From assembly GCA_038245905.1 (NCBI GenBank), contig JBBRRY010000016.1, forward strand, positions 15,284-79,283: a stretch of 64,000 nucleotides of DNA. The letters run 5' to 3'. The translations under genes and the position numbers were made by a program. This DNA is from Thermoanaerobaculia bacterium. Its GTDB lineage: Bacteria; Acidobacteriota; Thermoanaerobaculia; UBA5066. Each line of letters opens with the position of its first letter. Positions within the stretch are counted from its first letter, which is position 1. Below the pieces are notes generated by a model. That model was given only the letters and a program-made list of their open reading frames with translations. It ran no database searches and was not told the DNA's origin. Of the stretch, positions 10,088 to 19,459 are shown piece after piece.

Positions 10088-10510
10088 TCAGGCGTCAGTT
10101 GCGGGCGTTTCGTCCAGGGAAATCCCCTGCGCGGTGAGCCAGACGCGAAGCTCCTCCCGAACCCGCCGGGCCCGGAACACGAACCAGGCCTCTTCGTCGT
10201 TCGGGAACGCGAGGAGCACGTCGCGGAAGGCCCCCGGGCCACCGGACTCGAGGGCGAGGAGCGCCTTCTCACGCGCGGCCGCGCTCTCCATCTTCGGCGC
10301 GAAGGCGCGGCAGCGCGTCGTGTCGACCTCCGCGGTGGACTTCGGGATCCTGAGAAATCGACCCGAGCGCTCGTGAAGAAGCGCTTCGCGCAGCTCCGGC
10401 GAGCCATTCAGGTGCGCGTGCACCTCGCCCGATGCGCGATCGAGGAAGTGATTCATGAGCATCGAACGCGCCGCGAACGCGACGGTGAGCCCTTCCCAGT
10501 CGAGTTCCAT
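10088..10510 (-). CDS. UPF0158 family protein
   Basis: FLDRASGEV, GGPGAFRDVL, WFVFR...WL pattern. Confidence 0.7.
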   Translation of the reverse strand: MELDWEGLTVAFAARSMLMNHFLDRASGEVHAHLNGSPELREALLHERSGRFLRIPKSTAEVDTTRCRAFAPKMESAAAREKALLALESGGPGAFRDVLLAFPNDEEAWFVFRARRVREELRVWLTAQGISLDETPATDA

Positions 10511-10535
10511 GAGACAAGTATGGTATCCCCGCCGT

Positions 10536-11660
10536 GTGCAGACCGCGCCCCGAAGCGACGTGACGCGCCGCCTCGCGCGCTGGTATCGCGCACACAAGCG
10601 CGATCTACCATGGCGCCGGACGCGTGACCCGTACGCGATCTGGCTCTCTGAAGTGATGGCGCAGCAGACGACTCTCGAGGTCGTGGTGCCGCGCTGGAAA
10701 CGCTTTCGCCGCCGCTTCCCGAAAGTCGACGCCCTCGCGCGGGCTCCTGAGCGGGCGGTGCTCGCCGAGTGGAGCGGCCTCGGGTATTACGAGCGCGCCC
10801 GAAACCTCCAGCGCGCGGCAAAGGCCGTCGTGGAGGCAGGATCCTTTCCGCGCACGCTCGAGGGCTGGCGCGCACTGCCGGGCGTCGGCGCTTACACGGC
10901 GGCCGCGCTCTCGTCGATCTGCTTCGGCGTCCCCGAGCCGGTCGTGGACGGCAACGTCGTGCGCGTCCTCTGCCGCCTCCACGGCCTCCGGCTCGACCCG
11001 AAGGCGCCCGCGACGCTCGCGAAGGTGCGGTCGCTCGCGCGGCCGCTCGTACCCGCGCGGAATCCAGGCGCCCACAACCAGGCCCTCATGGAGCTAGGCG
11101 CACTCGTGTGCACTCCACGGACCCCACTCTGCGGCGAGTGCCCGCTTCGCCCGCTCTGCCGAGCCGCGGCGCTCGGGACGCCGGAGGCGTTCCCGCGCGC
11201 CGGGAAGCGTCCACCCAAGAAGGCGATCCATCTCGCCGCGGGCCTCGTCCGTAGAGACGGGAGATTTCTTCTCGTTGAAGACCGGGAGATGGTCGACGGC
11301 CAGCTCGTGCCCCCGATGTTTCCGGTTCGCGCTGGGAAACCGTCTGCGAATTCTCTTAGAAGGGGGTGGAAGCGGCTCACGGGTCGCGAGCCTGGCGCGC
11401 TCGAGACCGTGGCGACGATTCGCCATTCGGTGCTCGAAAGGCGCTATCTCGTTTCCCTCTTCACCTTCAAAGAAAATCCCACGTCGCCTTCGCGCTGCCT
11501 GCCACTCGACGCAGGTCGATTCCGTCTCTTCTCTCCGAGCCAGATCTCCCGCCACGCCCACGGCGGCCTCCTGCTCAAGGTGCTCGCGGCGTGGCGGGAG
11601 CACCGTGCCAGGGTCAGACGGGGGCCGGACCGGGGCCCTCCCGGGGCACGCAGACACTGA
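10536..11660 (+). CDS. mutY: A/G-specific adenine glycosylase
   Basis: RDLPWR..DPYAIWLSEVMAQQT, WSGLGYY.RARNL, HhH LPGVGAYTA, VDGNVVRVL, 4Fe-4S CTPRTPLCGECPLRPLC. Start uncertain. Confidence 0.92.
   Translation: MQTAPRSDVTRRLARWYRAHKRDLPWRRTRDPYAIWLSEVMAQQTTLEVVVPRWKRFRRRFPKVDALARAPERAVLAEWSGLGYYERARNLQRAAKAVVEAGSFPRTLEGWRALPGVGAYTAAALSSICFGVPEPVVDGNVVRVLCRLHGLRLDPKAPATLAKVRSLARPLVPARNPGAHNQALMELGALVCTPRTPLCGECPLRPLCRAAALGTPEAFPRAGKRPPKKAIHLAAGLVRRDGRFLLVEDREMVDGQLVPPMFPVRAGKPSANSLRRGWKRLTGREPGALETVATIRHSVLERRYLVSLFTFKENPTSPSRCLPLDAGRFRLFSPSQISRHAHGGLLLKVLAAWREHRARVRRGPDRGPPGARRH
11349..11479. repeat. Inverted motif pair in mutY
   Basis: 11349-11363 (-) CCTTCTAAGAGAATT; 11464-11479 (+) CCTTCAAAGAAAATCC. 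Confidence 0.6.
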
Positions 11661-12270
11661 TCCGCCACGGGTCGCCACGCCCGATCTCGATACCGCACTT
11701 CTCGTCGTACGCATGGGAGAGGCGACGGCGGAGGGCTCGATGGCGCGAGGGCTTCCATAGAGAGAACACGAAGACGCCGTGCCGGGAAAGTAGGGGCGCA
11801 AAGCGGCGGAGCGTCACGAGCGGGTTGTCGAGGTAATAGAGGACCTCGCTGAAGACCGCCGCATCGACAGATCCGGGCAACAAGAAGGAAGGCGGCCCCG
11901 CTTCCACGTCGAGGGCGTGGAATGACTCCCCCGGCGCGCAGTCCTCGCCGGCGCGCCGGATCGCCTCGTTGGAAATGTCGAGCCCCAAGTAGCCACCTCT
12001 CGCGTCGCCCCGCGTCTGGCAGGCGAGCGCGCCATGGCCGCATCCGACATCCAGCACGAATGGCCGCACCGGGGCGAATTGGAAAACAAGCGATGCGATC
12101 CAGGCGTGGCGCTCGGTCTCGGCGACGAGTCCGTCCCATACTCCCGCGCGGTACTGTAGATCCCACGTCGCCGCAGGCCTCGGCTTGCCGCGGCCCAGCA
12201 AGCGCCGCCGGAGGGACCGACGGAGCGACGCCAGCCCCAAGGTCGGGAGGCTGAAACCCACTTTCACAAG
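11614..12270 (-). CDS. Class I SAM-dependent methyltransferase
   Basis: WDLQY..G.W, VLDVGCGHG, YLGLDIS, FSEVLYY. Start uncertain; 3' end overlaps mutY by 47 bp. Confidence 0.78.
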   Translation of the reverse strand, partial: LVKVGFSLPTLGLASLRRSLRRRLLGRGKPRPAATWDLQYRAGVWDGLVAETERHAWIASLVFQFAPVRPFVLDVGCGHGALACQTRGDARGGYLGLDISNEAIRRAGEDCAPGESFHALDVEAGPPSFLLPGSVDAAVFSEVLYYLDNPLVTLRRFAPLLSRHGVFVFSLWKPSRHRALRRRLSHAYDEKCGIEIGRGDPWRISVCVPREGPGPAPV

Positions 12271-12325
12271 AGCCGCATCAGCATATCGCGTGTCGAGGGG
12301 AGCTCTTTCGCTATCCTGAGCGCCG

Positions 12326-14152
12326 ATGGCGCGCCCGGTTCCGATGAGCCCCGAGACGCTGGCGCCGGGCGACGGCGACGGTGGCCGCCTCGTTCCAGCC
12401 GGCATCGTCCTCGCGCTCGCCCTCCCGTTCGTCGTCTTCTCGCCGGCCTCCAGCGACGCGCTTCGCGAGTCGAAGATCCTCGTTCAGGCCCTCGGCGCGT
12501 CGCTCGCCCTCCTCGGCCTCGCACGCGCCACGCGCCTTCCCGCGCCCGGCCGTGGCCTGGCCGCTCGCGTCGTCCTCTTCGGCCTGGGCGCGACTCTCAC
12601 TCTCGCGCTTCTGTCGGCCATCGCGAACGCAAACGTGGTGGATCCGCTCACGGCAGCCGCCGTACTCTCTCCGCTCGCGCTCCTCTTCCTCGGAGCGTCG
12701 GCGGCCGGGGCCGAGGTCGCGCCTGCCGCCCTCACGACGCTGATGACGGCCGGAGCGATGACGGGCGCGCTCGCCGCCCTTCAGCGGTGGGCGGGACTCT
12801 TCCGGATGCCGCTCGACGTTCCCGAGCCCCGATTCCTGGCGGCGGGCCTGATCGGAAACGCCGGGGATGTCGGAATGGCGCTCGTCTTGCCCGCTCTCCT
12901 TCTCTTTGCGTCGGGCGCGACGTCCGGGACGACCCGAACCCGGGCTCTCTCCGTTCTCGGCCTCCTCTTCGCCCTTCTCGGTCTCCTCGCGACCGAGGCC
13001 GTCGGGCCGACTCTCGTCTTCGGCGCAGGCGCCATTTTCTATGTCGTGCTCGACTTTCCGAGGCGACGATTCGCGCTCCTCGTGCTCCTGGCGGCGGCAT
13101 TGCTCGCGGGGGCGACCGGCGCCGGACGGCGCGCCCTCGTGAAGCTCAAGCAACTGCGCACCGGTGAAGTCGCCACGGCGACCACCCAGCGCGACATCGG
13201 CCTCTTCGCGGCCCTGGAGATGGTTCGCGCGCAACCGATTCTCGGCGCGGGACCGGGGGCGTTCTCGAACCGCTTCGTGCCCGCGCGCCTCGCAGCCGAG
13301 GAGCGGACCGGCCGGCGTCTCGTGCATCGGAGCGGCTCGGCTCACTTCGACAATGCCCACAGCGAGCCCGTCACATTCGCCGCCGAAGTTGGCGTGCCCG
13401 CCGCATGTGCGGCGTGCGTGGCTGTTCTTGCGCTCTTTTCGGGTCTCTTCTCCCGCCGGGAGGAAGCACCGGCCTCTTATCCTCCGGCAGACGCGCTTCT
13501 CGCGTCGCTTCTCGGCGTCGCGTTCCTCGCCCTCGGCGACTTTCCGTTGCGGATCGCGGTTGCCTCCGGGCCCGCCGCGTTCCTGGCGGGTCTCGCGTTT
13601 CGGCGCATCGCTTCCGGACGGGAAGCGCCTTCCAACCGCTTGACTCGCTCAGTTGTTGGGGCATGGGCGCTGCTTCTCGTCGCCCTCGCGGGCGTGCGTT
13701 CATTCACCACCTTCGAGCAGGCCGCGGGCGAGAGCTTCCTCCGCAACGCTGCCTCGGCGCCCGAGGAGGCCGGGCCGGAACGCGCCGAGCTCCTCTCCGC
13801 AGCCGACTCGCGGCTGGGGCTCGTCGTGGCGCTTCGTCCCCGGGCCGCGACGGCCCTCCTCGCGTCGGGCTCGGTGCAGTCTCTCAAGGGCGAGCGCGAA
13901 CGGGCCTACGCCCTCTATGCGCGATCCGCGGGTCTCGAGGAACGTGCCGAGGGCGACCTCAATCTCGGCAGGGCGGCCGCGGCTCTCGGGCGTCTGGAAG
14001 AAGCGCGGACCCTCTTTGCACGAACGGTGTGGATCCAGCCCCGGCTCCTCGATGCGCTACCGCCTGAAGAGCGGGAACGCGCCGCCGCCGCCGTCAAGAA
14101 GGCCGAGGAAGGTCTGGGGCACGGGGGAAAGATCCCTCCTCTGCCGCGATGA
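12326..14152 (+). CDS. O-antigen ligase-like (Wzy_C) membrane protein with C-terminal TPR-like region
   Basis: Many TM helices, GLIGN, PILGAGPGAF, NAHSEP...AEVG motif, helical C-terminus. Confidence 0.8.
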   Translation: MARPVPMSPETLAPGDGDGGRLVPAGIVLALALPFVVFSPASSDALRESKILVQALGASLALLGLARATRLPAPGRGLAARVVLFGLGATLTLALLSAIANANVVDPLTAAAVLSPLALLFLGASAAGAEVAPAALTTLMTAGAMTGALAALQRWAGLFRMPLDVPEPRFLAAGLIGNAGDVGMALVLPALLLFASGATSGTTRTRALSVLGLLFALLGLLATEAVGPTLVFGAGAIFYVVLDFPRRRFALLVLLAAALLAGATGAGRRALVKLKQLRTGEVATATTQRDIGLFAALEMVRAQPILGAGPGAFSNRFVPARLAAEERTGRRLVHRSGSAHFDNAHSEPVTFAAEVGVPAACAACVAVLALFSGLFSRREEAPASYPPADALLASLLGVAFLALGDFPLRIAVASGPAAFLAGLAFRRIASGREAPSNRLTRSVVGAWALLLVALAGVRSFTTFEQAAGESFLRNAASAPEEAGPERAELLSAADSRLGLVVALRPRAATALLASGSVQSLKGERERAYALYARSAGLEERAEGDLNLGRAAAALGRLEEARTLFARTVWIQPRLLDALPPEERERAAAAVKKAEEGLGHGGKIPPLPR

Positions 14153-14178
14153 GCGAGCCTCGAGACCCGGTCGAATCT

Positions 14179-14571
14179 CTATTCCGTCGTCTTGCCGTCG
14201 AAGTGCTCGTTGTCCGCTTCCGCGTCCTTGCGGGTGTGGTGGACGACGCCGTCTCGATGGTTCGGCGGCGCATAGAGCGTATAGAGCTTCAATGGGACAT
14301 TGCCGGTGTTGACGATGTTGTGATTGCTTCCCGCCGGCACAAGCACCGAAAACCCCGCGCTGATCGGGGTATGAACCCCATCGAGAACCGCCTCACCCGT
14401 TCCCTCCTCCACGCGAAAGAACTGGTCGAGCTTGTGGACTTCCATCCCGATCTCTTCCTTGGACTTCAGAGCCATGATGACGAGCTGGCAGCTCTTCGCC
14501 GTGTAAAGCACCCGGCGAAACTCCTCATTCTTGACGGCGATGCTCTCGATGTTCTGGACGAAGCCTTTCAT
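14179..14571 (-). CDS. Cupin domain protein
   Basis: FRRVLYT, EIGMEVH, DQFFRVEEG, VPAGSNHNIVN, LYTLYAPPNH; SD GAGGGAG upstream. Confidence 0.9.
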   Translation of the reverse strand: MKGFVQNIESIAVKNEEFRRVLYTAKSCQLVIMALKSKEEIGMEVHKLDQFFRVEEGTGEAVLDGVHTPISAGFSVLVPAGSNHNIVNTGNVPLKLYTLYAPPNHRDGVVHHTRKDAEADNEHFDGKTTE

Positions 14572-15071
14572 GACGAAAACTCCCTCGTTCGATGATGGCC
14601 CTCTAGCTGATCGTGGACGTCGAACGTAGAGATCGGGATGTACGCAAATCCAGAGACCCGACGGTGATCGTTCTCGTCTGCACATGCGAGGGACGAAGTC
14701 TCGGCGCGACGTAATACGCCCGTCCCTTCCTGAAGCATGACCTTGGAGGGCCGAAAGACGTAATGCTGGACGAGGGCCACTCCGCCTACGCCGAGCGACA
14801 GGAGGAGGGCTAATCCGACGGCGCCCAGCAGCAGCAGCCGCACGAACCCTGCGAGAGAAAGAGTAAGAAGTTCCTCCTCCAGCTCCGGCCGCCCGAGGGC
14901 AGGCTGCGTGGACCCGGGGGATGGCAGGCTCCACGCACTTGCGGCTGGAAGGGGACCGCCGCAATGCCGGCCCAGATCGTGAAAGGGGCTCATGGGATCT
15001 CCCGCGCGCTCACTCCATCAAACGTTCTCGCCATGACGGGGTCAGCGCAAGAGTCGGGCCACGATTCCGGA

Positions 15072-15087
15072 TGGCACGTGTCGTGCT
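15072..15087 (+). promoter_or_regulatory. Sigma-54 -24/-12 promoter
   Basis: TGGCACGTGTCGTGCT (GG-N10-GC), 27 bp before the ATG at 15115. Confidence 0.65.
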
Positions 15088-15114
15088 CCCCAGCACCATG
15101 GAAAGGGGACATCC

Positions 15115-15195
15115 ATGGAAACCATCCTGATCATCCTCGTCGTGGTTCTTCTGCTCGGAGGCGGCGGCTTCTACTGGCGCGGCAGACGAGGGTAG
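15115..15195 (+). CDS. 26-aa membrane microprotein (DUF3309-like)
   Basis: METILIILVVVLLLGGGGFYWRGRRG*, with SD GAAAGGGG, promoter and downstream hairpin. Not in the ORF track. Confidence 0.75.
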   Translation: METILIILVVVLLLGGGGFYWRGRRG

Positions 15196-15253
15196 CCGCG
15201 TGCAAGGCGGACGGACAAGTGCCGCCCGCCTTTCGCAGGCACGCTTTGCAGGA

Positions 15254-15286
15254 GAAGAAGGGGCGCCTTACAGCCGCCCCTTCTTC
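15254..15286. terminator. Hairpin / probable terminator
   Basis: GAAGAAGGGGCG-9 nt-CGCCCCTTCTTC, perfect 12-bp stem. Confidence 0.55.
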
Positions 15287-15432
15287 CCCCCGTCGAACGA
15301 CCGGCGCGGACTCGCCGATGTCGGCCTGGGCTCTCTTCACCTACGCCGCGCGGCGCTCTGTTGCGAGGAACGTTGCGTTCCCCTTGCAAAAACGCATCCG
15401 GGCATAGGGCCGTCCGAAAGAAGGAGGTCTCC

Positions 15433-15526
15433 GTGACGAGAGCCTCCAATCTGGAAAGGCCGTCTCACGTTCGGGCTCGTGGGAATTCCTGTTGAGCTCG
15501 TTTCGGCGGTGAACGCGAAGGATCGC
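15433..15526 (+). pseudogene. ku: Ku (NHEJ) N-terminal remnant
   Basis: SD AAGGAGG plus GTG, then, shifted +1, IWKGRLTFGLVGIPVELVSAV, matching the Ku N-terminus (IWKG.ISFGLV.IPV.L.SA). Similarity ends after about 30 codons. Confidence 0.7.
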
Positions 15527-15560
15527 GGCAGGAGCCCGGAGAGGCTCTGCTCGCTAATCA

Positions 15561-15596
15561 AGATTACAACCTGCAGCTGGACGAGATTACAACCTG
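15561..15596. repeat. 13-bp direct repeat AGATTACAACCTG x2
   Basis: Copies at 15561-15573 and 15584-15596. Confidence 0.85.
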
Positions 15597-15615
15597 TAGA
15601 AGGAAGGAGATTCAA

Positions 15616-15738
15616 ATGGATGGTGCCGGCCGCGGATGCCTTGCTTCACTGATCTCGTGGAAGCTCGGCGGAGGGTTGATCTCGACGATCGTCATCTTCG
15701 TCATCGCGTATGCGCTGTTGGGGCACGTGCACTGTTGA
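15616..15738 (+). CDS. 40-aa membrane microprotein
   Basis: MDGAGRGCLASLISWKLGGGLISTIVIFVIAYALLGHVHC*, with strong SD AAGGAG. Not in the ORF track. Confidence 0.65.
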   Translation: MDGAGRGCLASLISWKLGGGLISTIVIFVIAYALLGHVHC

Positions 15739-15824
15739 GGCCCTCTCTAAACGTCGGCTCTCGACGCTGGTGCCCTGGCGACGAGCCAACTATGAGGTCC
15801 TGATCGGAGGCCCGATTCAGAGCA

Positions 15825-15840
15825 TGGCACACGCGTTGCG
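15825..15840 (+). promoter_or_regulatory. Sigma-54 -24/-12 promoter
   Basis: TGGCACACGCGTTGCG, near-consensus TGGCAC-N5-TTGC. Confidence 0.75.
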
Positions 15841-15862
15841 ATGGCTGGCTCGGGAGGCAGTT

Positions 15863-16198
15863 ATGGAAAGTGTTCTCAACCCCTCGGCTCAGGATGCAGT
15901 ACGGAGGGTCGCTAATGATGCGCGAAAAATCGGCACCGAGTTCAAGAGCGATTTCGATCGCGCCGTCGGCAAGAGTAAGGACTCCGTTGCGGGTCTCGGT
16001 GAAAGTCTGCGCGGCGCGGCGGAAGCCGTGGCGGCGTCCGGACGCGAACTCGGCGAGGAGTACCTGAAACGTGGCCAGAGGCAGGTCTCGCGAACTTCGG
16101 AGCGCGTATCCGCATATGCCGACGACAACACCGCCGCGGTGACGATTGGCGCTTTCGGCGCCGGCCTCCTCGTCGGATATCTCGTAAGCCGTCGTTAG
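15863..16198 (+). CDS. ElaB/YqjD (DUF883)-like tail-anchored protein
   Basis: Helical N-terminus and C-terminal YADDN...AFGAGLLVGYLVSRR; SD GGAGG. Confidence 0.75.
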   Translation: MESVLNPSAQDAVRRVANDARKIGTEFKSDFDRAVGKSKDSVAGLGESLRGAAEAVAASGRELGEEYLKRGQRQVSRTSERVSAYADDNTAAVTIGAFGAGLLVGYLVSRR

Positions 16199-16216
16199 AC
16201 CAGGAAGGAGTCACAA

Positions 16217-16714
16217 ATGAAAACAACAGTAGACGAAACTGAGCCAATCGTAGAAAAACATGCGAACCGGGATCCCATCACCGGCCAGCCAGGGTCCCAT
16301 CCTGTAGGCACGGGCATCGGTTCAGCAAGCGCGGCGGCTGCCGGAGCCGCCGTTGGCGCAGCGGTCGGCGGACCGGTCGGCGCCGTCGTCGGCGCCGTCG
16401 CCGGAGCGGTTGCTGGCGGCGCGGCCGGCCACGCCGCGGGAGAGAAGCTGGATCCGACGGTCGAGACCGCATATTGGCGGAAGAACTACGGGACGCGTCC
16501 CTATTACCGGGAAGACCGCAAGTTCGAGGACCTCGAACCGGCTTATCGATATGGATGGGAGCAGGCGAGCTCCGCACAGGCCGGAAAGCGTTTCGACGAC
16601 GTCGAGCGCGAGCTCGAGCGTACGTGGCCGATTGCTCGCGGAAGAAGCACCGCCGAGTGGAGAGACGTCCGTGACGCCACGCGCGACTCCTGGATTCGGG
16701 TGCGCGGAAGCTGA
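16217..16714 (+). CDS. Glycine-zipper general stress-type protein
   Basis: NRDPITG.PGSHPVGTG, Gly/Ala zipper, YWR..Y..RPY, PAYRYGW; SD AAGGAG. Confidence 0.8.
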   Translation: MKTTVDETEPIVEKHANRDPITGQPGSHPVGTGIGSASAAAAGAAVGAAVGGPVGAVVGAVAGAVAGGAAGHAAGEKLDPTVETAYWRKNYGTRPYYREDRKFEDLEPAYRYGWEQASSAQAGKRFDDVERELERTWPIARGRSTAEWRDVRDATRDSWIRVRGS

Positions 16715-16724
16715 ATGATCGTGA

Positions 16725-16748
16725 GAAGGGGGCCGCCCGGCCCCCTTC
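16725..16748. terminator. Hairpin terminator between convergent genes
   Basis: GAAGGGGGCC-GCCC-GGCCCCCTTC. Confidence 0.65.
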
Positions 16749-16832
16749 GTTCTCCTGACCGGCAGACGTCGCGAACGACGGCACATCTCACCGTCGCCCG
16801 CCCGTACCCCGGTGACCGATGGAGGCGACGCC

Positions 16833-17306
16833 TCATCCGCCGAGCTTCCGTGCCGAACGGCGGCCGGCTTCCTCGATCGAATGGGACTTCGTCAGGGATT
16901 CTTCCTTTCGGGTCAGGTCCGAAAGCTGCCTGTAATGCTTATGGAGGAGTTCGAGCTCGGCTTCCGTCAACCCTTCGGCGTCGATGAGCCTGTTGCTCGC
17001 CCCCTCGAGCGCCGCCACGAGCTCGTTGAGCTTGAGGTGCAGGGCGAGTGAATCCTTGTTCTGGCTCCGCTGAATGAGGAAAACCATGAGGAACGTGACA
17101 ATCGTCGTCCCGGTGTTGATGACGAGCTGCCATGTGTCCGAGAAGCGGAAGATCGGGCCCAGGGCCGCCCAGACCACGATCACGAGGGCGGCGATCGCGA
17201 ACGCCGGGGAGGATCCCGCCGCGGCGGTCGCGTGCCGCGAGACCCTCTCGAGGACGTTTGGAACCCGGCGCGCGTCGAGAGTCTTCTGGCCTTTGCGTGC
17301 GCTCAA
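16833..17306 (-). CDS. Low-affinity iron permease (Fet4-like) family protein
   Basis: FSDTWQLVINTGTTIVTFLMVFLIQRSQNKD...LKLNELV. TTG start overlaps the upstream TGA. Confidence 0.88.
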   Translation of the reverse strand: MSARKGQKTLDARRVPNVLERVSRHATAAAGSSPAFAIAALVIVVWAALGPIFRFSDTWQLVINTGTTIVTFLMVFLIQRSQNKDSLALHLKLNELVAALEGASNRLIDAEGLTEAELELLHKHYRQLSDLTRKEESLTKSHSIEEAGRRSARKLGG

Positions 17307-19024
17307 TTGCGGCCTTTCGTTTCCTGTCGCGTCGGGTCCGTCGTATTCTTCATGGAGATCCCCTTTCTCTCTGCTTCGCGGAAAGGGGGCGGCGGCTTTC
17401 CCTTCGTCTTCTTTCCGCCGAGCTCGCGATCGAAGCCGGGCAGGATCGAACGGAAGAAGGCGTTCTCGACTAGCTTCAGCGCGATCTGCCATCCGCTCGT
17501 GCGGGGACCGTCGATGCGGCCGGAGACGTTCGCGACCGTCGCCACCTCTTTCCGCTCGTGGTTCTTGAGGAGTCCCGCGACGCCGCCAACGAGCATCTCG
17601 TAGGCCTGGCGGAACAACGTCTTGTCCCGGTCCTGCCGCCGGTCATAGACCTTCATTCCCTTGAACAGCGGCTTGACGTAGCCCTCGAGATTGCCGTCCC
17701 GGGCTTTCAGCTCGGTATAGAACGAGAACTCTCCCGCGACAACGTCGAACTTACCGTACGCCCGGAGGAGATCGTTCATGCGCGTCATGTCCGTGGCCTC
17801 GATCCGGAGATTCAGGTCGAAGTCGGGGCTGGCAGCACCCTCCCGAAACGAGCCGGTGAGCCGGGTGTCTCCGCTTCCGAGAAACCGCCCGCGCAGGTCG
17901 AAATGGGCCCTCGTTCCGGAGGCGTGATTTCCGAGGTCCGAGATCGAGCCGTCGAGCTTGGAAAGGTAGGCGCGATACGCCGGATCCTTCGTGCGATTCA
18001 CGAATCCGATCTCGCTCCCCGCGATCACCGCCTTGTCGAGCACGAGCGTCCATTCCGGATTCGACGGAGGCCGCTTCTTCCCCTTCGCGACCGCCTTAGC
18101 GCTCGGGCGCTCGGACGGCGCAACCGGTTCCGCGGAAGCCTTCTTCGCCAGGACATAGTCCAGTCTGACGCCCGAGAGCGTGAGCGCCGAGAGCCGTGCG
18201 TTGCGCACGGACGGGGACGTTTCCATCTCGCCGCCGGCGGCGAGAACCCCGCCCTTGAGGACGAACGCCGTGTGCGTGAGGACGGGAAGGGAGAGCGCGT
18301 CGAGAGGAACCGCGTCGAGGCGGAAGAGGGCGTGAAAGCCGGGGTACGGCTCGGCCAGAAAGTCGGCGTGCCCGTCGAGAACGCCGCGGCCCGATCCGAA
18401 GAGCGTCGCCTCGGCGTGGATGGGCGACGGATAGACCTGGGGCTTCGACTGGACGTTTCGGATGTCGCTCGCGTGAATCCGGAGCGCGGTCATGCGGATG
18501 GGGTGCGCCGGGTCCGCATCGACGTAGGTGATCGTCCCGTCCTCGACGCGAAAGACATCGATCTTGAGCGGCGTGACCTCCTGCAAGGCCTCCTGCCAGC
18601 CACGCTCGTTCACGGGTACGCCGTCCTTCACCTCCTGCCGCAGCTGCACGAGGTTGACGTCGACCCGAGGCCGCTCCAGGAGGACGTCACCGACGAGATG
18701 GCCCGAGAACAGGGCGCGCCAATGAACACTCGTCATCAGGCGGTCGACGAGAAGCACCGGGGGCTCCGGGTGAGCCTTCTGCCTTACGACGAGCCCCTCG
18801 AGGGTCATCGAAAGGGAGAAGAGCCGGAAATGCAGCTTCGGCAAGCGCACCTCGTATCCCTCCAGCCTCTCGTTCATGCGGCGCTCGATACTGCGCCGCA
18901 AGGGCTCGTCGACGAAAAAGGACGCGACGACGATCAGCAAAGTCAGGGCAAGCCAGATCCCGGAGACCCACGTCGCGAGGACGGCGGCGCGCCTTTTCTT
19001 CGAGCCCGTCACGCCTGGCGTCAA
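17303..19024 (-). CDS. DUF748 (AsmA-like) domain protein
   Basis: N-terminal TM anchor, NDLLRAYGKFDVVAGEF, GYVKPLF, LVENAF. Confidence 0.78.
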   Translation of the reverse strand: MTPGVTGSKKRRAAVLATWVSGIWLALTLLIVVASFFVDEPLRRSIERRMNERLEGYEVRLPKLHFRLFSLSMTLEGLVVRQKAHPEPPVLLVDRLMTSVHWRALFSGHLVGDVLLERPRVDVNLVQLRQEVKDGVPVNERGWQEALQEVTPLKIDVFRVEDGTITYVDADPAHPIRMTALRIHASDIRNVQSKPQVYPSPIHAEATLFGSGRGVLDGHADFLAEPYPGFHALFRLDAVPLDALSLPVLTHTAFVLKGGVLAAGGEMETSPSVRNARLSALTLSGVRLDYVLAKKASAEPVAPSERPSAKAVAKGKKRPPSNPEWTLVLDKAVIAGSEIGFVNRTKDPAYRAYLSKLDGSISDLGNHASGTRAHFDLRGRFLGSGDTRLTGSFREGAASPDFDLNLRIEATDMTRMNDLLRAYGKFDVVAGEFSFYTELKARDGNLEGYVKPLFKGMKVYDRRQDRDKTLFRQAYEMLVGGVAGLLKNHERKEVATVANVSGRIDGPRTSGWQIALKLVENAFFRSILPGFDRELGGKKTKGKPPPPFREAERKGISMKNTTDPTRQETKGRN

Positions 19025-19458
19025 GCCGCTGCCGCGGGCTTCTCGCCCTTCATGACGGCGTCGACAGCCGCCTCCTGCCCTTCCGCGTTCTCGCTCGTCG
19101 CGGCCCTAAGGGACGCGTGGTCCTCGACGGCATCGGGATGGAGGTAGTCGTCGAGCCAGTGCTTCTCGACGACGGGATACGCCGCGACGAGAGGCAGGGC
19201 GAGGATCGCCCCGACGACGCCGTCCAGCATGCCTCCCACCACGATCGCGAGGAGGACCGTGAGCGTGGAAATGCGGAGGCGGTTTCCGTAGAGCTTGGGC
19301 GTCAAAAGATACGCCTCGAAGAGGTGATAGACGAGGTAGAGGCCCAAAACGATCAGCGCTGTGGACGAGCTGACCGTGAGCAAGACCAGCGCCGCCGCCG
19401 CCATGGCGATGAAGATGCCGGCGACGGGCACGGCGTCGCAGACCCCCGCGACGCTCAA
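19021..19458 (-). pseudogene. AI-2E family transporter, C-terminal fragment only
   Basis: CDAVPVAG, FEAYLLTPKLYG, GVVGAILALPLVA. Only about 145 aa; the N-terminal part is missing. Confidence 0.7.
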
Positions 19459-19459
19459 A

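Noticed and set aside
14149-14595. Plus-strand ORF overlapping the O-antigen ligase stop (ATGA)
   Set aside because: It lies antisense to the clearly recognisable cupin gene.
14568-14993. 141-aa minus-strand ORF with a hydrophobic stretch upstream of the cupin gene
   Set aside because: No SD or recognisable family and atypical codon usage. It may be a gene remnant, but I cannot support it as a CDS.
15236-15250. GGCACGCTTTGCA as another sigma-54 site
   Set aside because: The GG-to-GC spacing is 8, not the required 10.
16330-16440. GGCGCCGTCG-type short repeats
   Set aside because: Explained by the Gly/Ala zipper coding sequence; not a CRISPR or DNA repeat.
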